DNA of 64,000 bases. It comes from a virus. Its lineage: Duplodnaviria; Caudoviricetes. Where the stretch lies: IMG/VR virus record IMGVR_UViG_3300028048_003161, one strand, 5' to 3'. Under the pieces are notes generated by a model, which did no database searches, had not been told where the DNA came from, and was given only the letters and a program-made list of their open reading frames with translations. Position 1 is the stretch's first letter. Every line of letters starts with the position of its first letter. The translations under genes were made by a program, and so were the position numbers. Below, in pieces: positions 39,981 to 48,639 of the stretch.

Positions 39981-41551
39981 ATGCTAGCAACTCATAGAGT
40001 GAGAGACAATAATAAAACAATTGGGTTTATAGTGAATGGAGTGTTTGCATCAAATATAACCATTAGACAGAATATAGGGCTGATTGACAATTTAAAAATC
40101 ACTAAGAATGGAGTAATCAAGGCAAAAAGAGATTACCCGAAGTTACTTATAGGGACAGTGTAATAAGGAGTCTGTACAATAAACTAATGAAGAATAATCC
40201 TTTTGTAAGAGATATTCAAAAGGACTTAACGCGCTGGAAACAAGACCCTGAGCATGGAATTTTACAGTTAGAGGGAGCAAGACAAATAGGCAAAACAACA
40301 GAAATATTGAAATTTGCATACAGAAATTATAAGTATGTTATCTATGTAAATTTAGCTAGTGACATGTATAAGTTTCAAAAAGCATGCGAGCAGGACATTA
40401 ATTACTTTACAATGCTTGACTATACAGAAAGAGCACATTTACCAGGGTATGTTGACAATAGGGATACAATACTAATTATTGATGAGATTCAAGAGAATAT
40501 GGAAATGTATAACAACATTAGAACATTTGCAAATAATCTAAATTGTGAAATCGTAGTAACAGGAAGTTACTTGGGCAGATTGTTAGCTGGGCTAAAGAAA
40601 CCAGATGAGGACACAGATAAAAAGGCATTTATACCTACTGGAATAGACCTATTAAATATGTATCCTTTATCATTTGCAGAGTTTTGCAGAGTTTTTAATG
40701 CAGAGGACACATTAATGAGCATAAGTTTATATGGAGAGTCATCTGACAGGAAATATAAGAAACTTGATAAGCTGTATGATATATACAGACAAATAGGGGG
40801 TTATCCAGCAGTTATAAAAGAATATATTAAGACACAGGATATAAGTGCATGTCATATGAGAATTGGAAACTTACTTGAATTATTCAAGGCAGAGTCTAGA
40901 GAATATTTTCATGATGAGGTGGAGATAGAAATATTTGACATGGTATATGATTATACACTTTATGAAATGTGTTCAAATCATGCTGGAACAGCTAAGAGGA
41001 CCATAAAAGATGTGACAAGAATAGTAGAAGATAAAACAAAAGGCATGACATCAACTAGGGAGTTGAGAAATGCAATCACTTGGCTAAGGTATTCGGGTAT
41101 ATTGGGTACTTGTATATTGGCAGAAAATGGAGAGACATCATTCTCTACAGTAAAAAAGTTTTACTTTTTTGATTGTGGCGTTACATCTTATTTGGCTAAG
41201 AGAGCAAATATAGATGCTAGCAGTCTAGATGGAATAATTACAGAGACATTTGCATTTGATGAGTTGATAAGATTATACAGTAAAAATACAAAAGATCCAA
41301 AAGTTAGACCTTATTTGTACTATGGTAGACTTGGTAATTACGAATTAGACTTTTTGGTTTGCAGTACAGACAATAAGAAGTATGGAATAGAAATTAAAAC
41401 TAATACAGGAGATCCTAAATCTCTAAAGCAGTTTTTGAATAAAAGGCTTGTAGATAAGGGGATAGTTGCAAAAAGAACAAAGGGTGGGCACTCTGAAAAA
41501 TTGGATACAATACCAATATACACAGTTGGTTGCAGATTTCCTTATAAATAA
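39981..41551 (+). CDS. AAA_14 ATPase with DUF4143 and PD-(D/E)xK-like C-terminus; N-terminal tag split off by a frameshift in A5 at 40124-40128
   Basis: GARQIGKT (Walker A), ILIIDEIQ (Walker B), VTGS, PLSFAEF, GGYP, YFFDCG, ELDF...IEIK. Confidence 0.85.
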
Positions 41552-41576
41552 CAAATAAGTAGGAGGATTTGATAAT

Positions 41577-41913
41577 ATGTCATCATACAAAGTAGTAACA
41601 GCTCAGGGAAAAGTTGAGGTAGTTGAAGCAAATTCACCTTTAGCAGCAGTGGAAAAAATATACTAGCACTGTATTAGATTTAAGCATAAAAGCAATAAGA
41701 CTAACAACAGAAGAAGCAATGAACAGTGGTTGGCAGTTTAGAGCAGAGCTATTAGAGAATGGGGCTAAGGCTAAAAAGAGTTATTACAGAGTAGAGGATA
41801 GAGAGGAATATGAAATTAGCATAAACAATTTTTTTTACCGGACAAGATCGGAAATGAATAAAAATTATATAAATATGTATAATATACAGTTTCAAGTCAG
41901 AACTATACATTAA
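41577..41913 (+). CDS. hypothetical protein (frameshift in A6 at 41653-41658)
   Basis: AGGAGG RBS; MSSYKVVTAQG...VEANSPLAAV joins the 41719 ORF. Confidence 0.5.
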
Positions 41914-42213
41914 GAACACTTTTCTGAAAAGGGAGTAAATTAGCAACAGGCAGACATTAACACCCTACACTATTGTGATTATTTGATTCTACATTACAAT
42001 TAGATTCTGATATAAGAATATAGCACTCAATGTTGATTGTGTTTTAAAATTTAGAAATCTACATTAAAAATTGGTATTTTGACATAAAAATAAAAGTCAT
42101 TATACATGAAATGTGATTTTCAAGTAATACATTAAGTGTTAAATGTGAGATTCAAATACACATAGATAAATTAGATAAGCGTTAGATAAAAATTAAATAA
42201 CATGAGTAAATTA

Positions 42214-42272
42214 TGAGTGCAGTATAAGGTTATTGTTTAGACACAACAATAATTCTATATTGCACTTATTTT
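42214..42272 (+). terminator. long hairpin, probable terminator
   Basis: AGTGCAGTATAAGGTTATTGTT / AACAATAATTCTATATTGCACT followed by TATTTT. Confidence 0.6.
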
Positions 42273-42318
42273 ATTATGTAATACATTAGTAACTGCATTG
42301 AGATTGTGATATTTGTCC

Positions 42319-42347
42319 TTGACAAATGATGGAAAATGTGCTATAAT
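42319..42347 (+). promoter_or_regulatory. consensus sigma-A promoter
   Basis: TTGACA-17-TATAAT with extended TG. Confidence 0.85.
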
Positions 42348-42497
42348 GATAATAGAAATTTTAGAGAAGTTTTATGGGCTATATGAAAACTAGTTATCAA
42401 TTATGCTTAGCATGAAATAAAAATAACTAGACACCTAGCAGTTATAGTATCATTAAAAATAGTAGTTTGCATTGATTAAATTAACATAGTCATTACT

Positions 42498-43142
42498 ATG
42501 TTAAGGTTTAACAGTGGATATAGCAGGAGTAGTTTAATGTTAGAACTTCAAATAGTAGAGAATGGACAAGAAAAAATAAAGATAGAATTATTGCAGAGGT
42601 TAGTTAGGTGTCCTATAGAGAATCCTCACAGTATTAGATACACTATGATTAAGGATAATGTACCTACAAATGTTTATGTTGACATGTGGGGTGATGAGAA
42701 CATCACATATAGTAAGTTAGCAACTTCTTTTGGTACAATAGATTTATGCTTAGACTTTGTGATGGGGCGTATAGCAATTGTTGATTTTAACAGTACAAAA
42801 GAGACAGAACAGAGATTAAATAAGCAGTTGCAATGTTTGTCAGATGAGGACAATATTCTAGTAAAGACAGACAATGAGATATTTAATGTTAGCAGTTTAT
42901 TTGATGTTATGCTAATTACAAGTAATGATAATTTCAGTACAGAAGTTAAGACTGCAGGTGGTGTAGCTAAGATGTACTTGGAAATAATAGATAGAAATAC
43001 ATTTATAAGAAATCATTGGGCATATTATTGTATAAATAATATAAAGGTAGAACAGTTAGAAGAGACTTTCTACTTTTTGGATATAAGAGGACTTTCGAAT
43101 ATTACAGTGGAGCAAGGACAGGATGAAAATGAGCAGTATTAA
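42498..43142 (+). CDS. hypothetical protein, MLG family cluster 2
   Basis: LQIVENGQ; SFGTI; DNILVKTDNEIFNVSSLFDVML. Confidence 0.8.
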   Translation: MLRFNSGYSRSSLMLELQIVENGQEKIKIELLQRLVRCPIENPHSIRYTMIKDNVPTNVYVDMWGDENITYSKLATSFGTIDLCLDFVMGRIAIVDFNSTKETEQRLNKQLQCLSDEDNILVKTDNEIFNVSSLFDVMLITSNDNFSTEVKTAGGVAKMYLEIIDRNTFIRNHWAYYCINNIKVEQLEETFYFLDIRGLSNITVEQGQDENEQY

Positions 43143-43806
43143 AGAGAAGTTAAACATGGCAAGATTGAGCATCACTAAAAAGAAAAATAAATTAGATAGT
43201 TGTACATTAACAATTATTGAGAATAGCAGAGTCAAAGTGGTGTTTGACTTCAATAAACCCCTTTGGAATGGTAGGTTTATTAGCAATCACAATATTGTAG
43301 GTTTACATACACTAATAAATGGTAGGAAAGGCATAAAATTTGTTACAGCAACCACTAGTTCAAGGTGTGTATTCACCAAAGATTGTGATCACTACTTACA
43401 ACTAACATATAACTTTGGTACAATACTCGTGGAGTTTAATAGTAGAGGCATTGTCTATGGACTTTGGATGTCTAATAAACCTTTTTGGTTTACAGAGAAA
43501 TACACATGGAAAATAAAAGATAAGCATGCAATTACAGAGAAGGACAATATAATTTTAGAGGTCAACGGTGATAAATATGACTTGTTTAATGATATGGACA
43601 ATACAATGGTAATGCAGGTGATTGGACGAGATGTAAATAATACATATAGATTGGTGAATGAAGAATGTGAAGTTTGTTTGGAAATTGATTCAGATAAACA
43701 AGACACAGAGGATAAAAAGGGTATACCTTATTTCTTTAGGGCGCAACTTGGCAGGGATTCAAGAGGAGCATTTACTAATGGGTGGCTTTTAAGTAAATGT
43801 AAATAG
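43123..43806 (+). CDS. hypothetical protein, MLG family cluster 2
   Basis: LTIIENS; NFGTILVEFN; DNIILEVNGDKYDLF...MQVIG. Confidence 0.8.
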   Translation: MKMSSIKEKLNMARLSITKKKNKLDSCTLTIIENSRVKVVFDFNKPLWNGRFISNHNIVGLHTLINGRKGIKFVTATTSSRCVFTKDCDHYLQLTYNFGTILVEFNSRGIVYGLWMSNKPFWFTEKYTWKIKDKHAITEKDNIILEVNGDKYDLFNDMDNTMVMQVIGRDVNNTYRLVNEECEVCLEIDSDKQDTEDKKGIPYFFRAQLGRDSRGAFTNGWLLSKCK

Positions 43807-43848
43807 ACATATAGAAAAGAATAAGGGGCATAGGAAGTAGAACATAGT

Positions 43849-44347
43849 ATGGAAATAACGAGACTTAAGGTAATTGAGAATGGACAATTAACATATAACC
43901 TGGACTTATCAGAAAAAAGTGTTTATACACAGAGGAATGGTTGGAATGGTTTGCAACATACCTGCAGTTGTGAATGGTAAGAAGCAAATATTAGAAATAA
44001 CAAGCATTAAGGTTTTTGATTTATTAAATTGTCAAATAAATTTGTCATTTGGTAATTTGTTCATAAGATTTAATAAAAATGGCATACTGACTAGTGTGTG
44101 TCTTGAGAATTATGTTCCTTATGGACATGTTCAAAAAGTGTATAGACTTGATAAAGATAACAATGTGCAAATAGAAACAGACGAAGGTACATATGACATT
44201 GATGAGACAATCAGTGTAAAGTTTATGTTGGACAATGTAGAGTATGATAAGTTCATACACCTGGATGCTAACTCAACATTAAAACTTTTTAAGGAGTCAA
44301 GTAAATGTGGATTTCCTGCACTAATGTGGGAAGTTGAAAACTGGTGA
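43849..44347 (+). CDS. hypothetical protein, MLG family (frameshift in A6 at 43913-43918)
   Basis: MEITRLKVIENGQLTYNLDL joins the 43919 ORF; TYDIDETISVKFML. Confidence 0.65.
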
Positions 44348-44410
44348 TTAAGAAGTGAGGACAGACAGTACTAGAAAATGGTATGACAGGATAATGGAAA
44401 AGATGGACAG

Positions 44411-44935
44411 GTGGAAAAGATGTTTATATTTAATAGAAAGAAAGATTGGGACACTGCAAAGTATACATTGACAATGATATTAGATGGGCAAGAAGTTTTT
44501 ACAGTGGACCTTACTGAAAAGTTGAACAAGCATAAAATTAAGAATTGGATCCGATGTTCTAAAGAAGTAAAGGAACGAATTGAGTTTATCATGGATGGTG
44601 TGCAAGTATCACTTCTATTTGTTGGTATCATCATTACATTTAACTTGAATACCTTGGGTTATGTGACAGGGATAAGCATATGGGGAAGTTTTAATTTTGC
44701 AGACTTAGATGAGGCTAGTGATATAATTTTAAGACTTAACGATGAGGAGTTTAGTGCATATGACATAATAAACATGGCTAATATGTTGGGTATGAGAAAT
44801 GGATATAAAGCAGATGGCAGTTACTTCACAGTGAATACACATGATGAAATACTTCTTGACAGTTTGACAATTAACTTTGGCAGTACTATAAAGTGGTCTG
44901 ACATGATCAATCAGAAGATGCAGCATGAGGGATAG
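44411..44935 (+). CDS. hypothetical protein, MLG family
   Basis: LTMILDGQEVFTVDL; EFSAYDIINMANMLG. Confidence 0.8.
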   Translation: MEKMFIFNRKKDWDTAKYTLTMILDGQEVFTVDLTEKLNKHKIKNWIRCSKEVKERIEFIMDGVQVSLLFVGIIITFNLNTLGYVTGISIWGSFNFADLDEASDIILRLNDEEFSAYDIINMANMLGMRNGYKADGSYFTVNTHDEILLDSLTINFGSTIKWSDMINQKMQHEG

Positions 44936-45179
44936 GATCAGGGAGAATAAAAAGATTGACCTTAATGAAATAGTTAGTTTGGCTCAAATGTTGGGTGCTG
45001 GCTATGATAAGGAGTATGTTACAGAGTATAATAATGCAGTTGCACGATTGGCTATGACTAGACTTAACTATTCAAACAGAGATGCAATAAAGCTTGAGAT
45101 TGATATTGATTATACTAAGTTAGACAAAGAGGAAGAAGAGTGGTTTAATAAAGTAATAGGAGAAACATTGGGAGTTTAG
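44925..45179 (+). CDS. short MLG-family protein or fragment
   Basis: KIDLNEIVSLAQMLG near the N-terminus. Confidence 0.65.
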   Translation: MRDRIRENKKIDLNEIVSLAQMLGAGYDKEYVTEYNNAVARLAMTRLNYSNRDAIKLEIDIDYTKLDKEEEEWFNKVIGETLGV

Positions 45180-45184
45180 ACAAT

Positions 45185-45262
45185 AGACAGGAGGATAAAT
45201 AGTGGACAGGGGATAGTAAAATAGACATGAAGGATAATGAAACAGACAGGAGGATAAATAGT
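45185..45262 (+). repeat. ~20-bp tandem repeat of an RBS-containing unit
   Basis: AGACAGGAGGATAAATAGT exact at 45185 and 45244, with two degenerate copies between. Confidence 0.7.
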
Positions 45263-45822
45263 TGATATCATTAAAAGTGTTTAGCGATACGAAAGAAATG
45301 AATTTTGATATAGGTAAAAGGGTCAAAATGCAGACAAATGGTGGACTAGTAGAGACAGATACTGGACAGATAGAAATGAATTATAGACATATAACATGTT
45401 CTAAGCATATAAGTAAACTCCTTGGCTGTAAGTATATTCATGAGTTCCTTGGTTCTTCTGTATTGTCATTTAGAATAGATGAGACAGGCAGTATTAAAGC
45501 TATTTATTTTACATTTGGAGTTGATTCTTATGCATCACATAAAGTAGGACAAGCAATGGGAAATGGAGAGATACAGAGGAGTTCAGAGTTTATAATTATA
45601 ATAAATGATGAGGTCATTGACATAAATGAAGAATTGGCAGTGTTTAATATGTTAGGATATACTGAAGGAGTTTATGACATTGATAGTAAATATGTCACAG
45701 CAACATATGAGGTAAAGAAGAGTCCTTCCATAGGTAGTATGTATAAGACACTTGTTACAGTGGAGATAAAATGTGAGCAGGGTTTTGACAAGTTAGAAAA
45801 TTTGGAGGACAAACAGGTTTGA
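45262..45822 (+). CDS. hypothetical protein, MLG family
   Basis: INDEVIDINEELAVFNMLG. Confidence 0.8.
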   Translation: MISLKVFSDTKEMNFDIGKRVKMQTNGGLVETDTGQIEMNYRHITCSKHISKLLGCKYIHEFLGSSVLSFRIDETGSIKAIYFTFGVDSYASHKVGQAMGNGEIQRSSEFIIIINDEVIDINEELAVFNMLGYTEGVYDIDSKYVTATYEVKKSPSIGSMYKTLVTVEIKCEQGFDKLENLEDKQV

Positions 45823-46209
45823 TGGTTTGGTGTAGTTGTGCTTTGTTGTTATGAAAACAGACACACTAAGGATAAGTTGAGATTTAATTTGTTATGACAG
45901 TGCTAATTTAATAGAGTTGGCATGACCAATAAAGTGTAATAGCATTATAGATAAAAATGAAAGTAATTAAATTAGAAGAAAACTAGGACAATTTGTAAGC
46001 AAGTATTAAAAAGAATTAGACAATGGACTAATATGATAAATACACTTGAAATTTAGAGTGGACAATGAATATCAATAGGGATAGCATTGCAATTAAATGC
46101 TATAGACAATAGTAGTTTAATTTGGTTTGGATAAATAGACAGAAAATAGTATCAAGCGATACACAAGATTTGAAAATAGATAAGCATTTAGGTTTGGAGG
46201 TATAGACAC

Positions 46210-46695
46210 TTGGAAATGAAAGGCAGTTGTAACTTAATGAAAGACAGTGTAGAAAAAGACATTGATAAAGATTTCATAGAACTTATAGAAAATGGTAAGG
46301 TACTCCTAAGGTTAAATTTGGAACAAGAAATAGGGTTAATTGCTACAGACAACCTTTATACTAGTTTTGAATATGATTTAACATTTGATAAAATTTGTGG
46401 TAAAATAGTAAAGAAACCTAGTAAGCTCAGGTTTGGAGATACCAGCATAAGATATGAAATCAATGGACACGGGTTTAATGTGTACGCAACAATGAGACAG
46501 ATTAAGACCATTGAAGTTAAAGACATACTTGGGTTAGATATGAGATTACATATAAATGGTAATGATGCATTGGTGTCAGACCTTATGGAAGTAAGTAGTT
46601 TAGTTTCAGGAGATTTAGATACATTGTTTGAAAATAAGTGGAGACTTTCAGAGATTGATTCAACAGTGATATTAAGTAGAGAAAAGCAGTGTTAA
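46210..46695 (+). CDS. hypothetical protein, MLG family
   Basis: IELIENGKVLLRLNL; INGNDALVSDLMEVSSLVSG. Confidence 0.75.
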   Translation: MEMKGSCNLMKDSVEKDIDKDFIELIENGKVLLRLNLEQEIGLIATDNLYTSFEYDLTFDKICGKIVKKPSKLRFGDTSIRYEINGHGFNVYATMRQIKTIEVKDILGLDMRLHINGNDALVSDLMEVSSLVSGDLDTLFENKWRLSEIDSTVILSREKQC

Positions 46696-46717
46696 GTTGA
46701 AAGGAGATTGAGACAAA

Positions 46718-47233
46718 ATGACCGATAGCATTGAAAGAAAAGAGAAAGACACAGAGAGAAAAATGGGTTACCTTGCTGCTAAATATAAGGGCAAAGAGGT
46801 ATTTAGAATGTACATGTATGGAGATAAGAATAGACTTGTGAAAAATGAGGATAACACAGACCTTAAGGAAGAAGGCTTTGAGATTAAGACAAAGAAGGCA
46901 GTGGATGGAGAAGTATGTTCAGAGGTAATTGAGGTTAAGCAGGACGAAGTTTGTATGCTTGCAGTGACTAATGTGTATGTGCAGGGTAAGGTTTCATATA
47001 GACTTTTAGTGACCTTGAAAGACAGTTTAATCGTTGACATTGAATATGTAGACAGTAATGGAAATATCAATGACTTTAAGAGCATGAAAGATGTGCAGGC
47101 AATGTTGGGTAGCAGTACAGAGAATGGTTTGTACAGAGACAGTAATGTTATAGTTGAGGACTATAGTGGTAATGCTGGGCAGTTTGGATATAGGTATATG
47201 TTTGAAATAAATGGCATTGGTAATGTGTTATAA
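46718..47233 (+). CDS. hypothetical protein, MLG family
   Basis: KYKGKEVFRM; INDFKSMKDVQAMLG. Confidence 0.8.
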   Translation: MTDSIERKEKDTERKMGYLAAKYKGKEVFRMYMYGDKNRLVKNEDNTDLKEEGFEIKTKKAVDGEVCSEVIEVKQDEVCMLAVTNVYVQGKVSYRLLVTLKDSLIVDIEYVDSNGNINDFKSMKDVQAMLGSSTENGLYRDSNVIVEDYSGNAGQFGYRYMFEINGIGNVL

Positions 47234-47250
47234 CAGGGGTCTAAAAACCA

Positions 47251-48150
47251 GATGCAGTGGGCGATTAAAGGGGGATGCAGTGGACAGTTTGAGGGTGAAC
47301 CATAGGAGATAGTAGGGTTGATGCATAGCGATTAAAAAGAGTGATGCATAGGGATTAAAAAGGTTGATGCACTGGAAATAATGAGGGTTGATACATAGTA
47401 AAATTAGTGTGTTGATGCATAGGTAAAATAAAAATTGAGTCATGGGTGTTAAATTTGATAATGCACTGGTGGAAATTTAGATGCTTGGGTAGGAAAATTT
47501 AATATACATAGTAAATTTAGGAAAAATGATACCATTGGTGCTAAAAGGGATGCAGTGGTCTAAAAGGGTGTTGCATGGGTATAAGAGAATGATATCATTG
47601 AAAAGGTATTGTGATACCAGTGGTATAAAAAAGATGATACCTTGGTATTGTGTTTAGTACCATAGTTTGAAAAAGTGAGGTACCATTGGTATAAAACTTG
47701 ATGCTCTGGTAGAAAAGGATAATACCAGTGGTCTAAAGGAATATACCATTGGTATAAGGTTGTTTGTATCATTGGTATAAGGTTGTTTGTATCATTGGTA
47801 TAAGGTTGTTTGTATCATTGGTCTAAGAGGATAATACCAGTGGTCTAAAAAGTGGATGCTTAGGTCTAAAATGGTTTGTAACATTGAGAGGATAGGAGTG
47901 TAGCACTGGTTAAAATGGAGATACTAGGGCATAAGAGAGTGATGCTTTAGTATAAAATGGTAATACCATTGGAAAGATGTGGTGATACCAGTGGTGGATA
48001 AGGGTGATACCAGTGGTATAAAGTGATAATACCATTGGTGAAAAAAGGTAGATACTTTGGTATTAAATAAATGTACCATTGTTGTAAAAGGTAGATGCTT
48101 GGTTAAACAGTAAGGTGAGGCACTGCCTTTGTGAGAGATGCCATTGGTCT
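47251..48150 (+). repeat. degenerate 21-23 bp phased array (GATGCAGTGG / GATACCA[G/T]TGG)
   Basis: Motif starts at 47251, 47274, 47297, 47320, 47343, 47366, 47390, 47414, 47437 and onward to ~48137. Confidence 0.8.
47747..47822 (+). repeat. perfect 23-bp tandem repeat CATTGGTATAAGGTTGTTTGTAT, three copies plus a partial
   Basis: Unit starts at 47747, 47770, 47793 and 47816 (partial). Confidence 0.95.
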
Positions 48151-48194
48151 AAAAGAGTTATAACAGGTTGGTTTATTGAGAGGACTATTGTAAA

Positions 48195-48635
48195 ATGGAT
48201 AATAGACTTACAATTAAAAAGAATGACAATAAAATTATAGAAATAGACCTTAATGATAAGTTTGTGGTACAACAGGCAATTGGAAAGAGATATGAAATTA
48301 AGTATCAGTTCCCTGTTTGTTATAGAGATAAACTTTTGGAGATAGAGAATAATGCAAGTGGTACTGGGTTATACTATGGAAAGTTAACTGTATACGTGAA
48401 TAAAAAGTCTTTTGACGATAGTATTGGAGATATAGCCATATATAATTGTACCAAGGACTTTGATTTAGAGGTTGTGTGGAAAAATGAAGTGATAAATGTA
48501 CAGGAGTTATTGGATATTAGGACTATGGTTGGAATGGATAATAGCATTACTATTGATAGGCAGGGTTTTAGAATGTATTGTATGAGGCAGGGTTTGTTTA
48601 GAATTAGTCTATATAATAGTAATATGTTACAATAA
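48195..48635 (+). CDS. hypothetical protein, MLG family
   Basis: LTIKKNDNKIIEIDL; KNEVINVQELLDIRTMVG. Confidence 0.8.
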   Translation: MDNRLTIKKNDNKIIEIDLNDKFVVQQAIGKRYEIKYQFPVCYRDKLLEIENNASGTGLYYGKLTVYVNKKSFDDSIGDIAIYNCTKDFDLEVVWKNEVINVQELLDIRTMVGMDNSITIDRQGFRMYCMRQGLFRISLYNSNMLQ

Positions 48636-48639
48636 GTAA

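Noticed and set aside
41914-42213. Possible ncRNA or riboswitch before the long hairpin
   Set aside because: AT-rich with only weak TGTGA..TTCAA repeats; I recognise no RNA family signature.
15892-48635. Diversity-generating retroelement as the source of paralog diversity
   Set aside because: No reverse transcriptase, and I saw no near-identical template/variable repeat pair differing at adenines.
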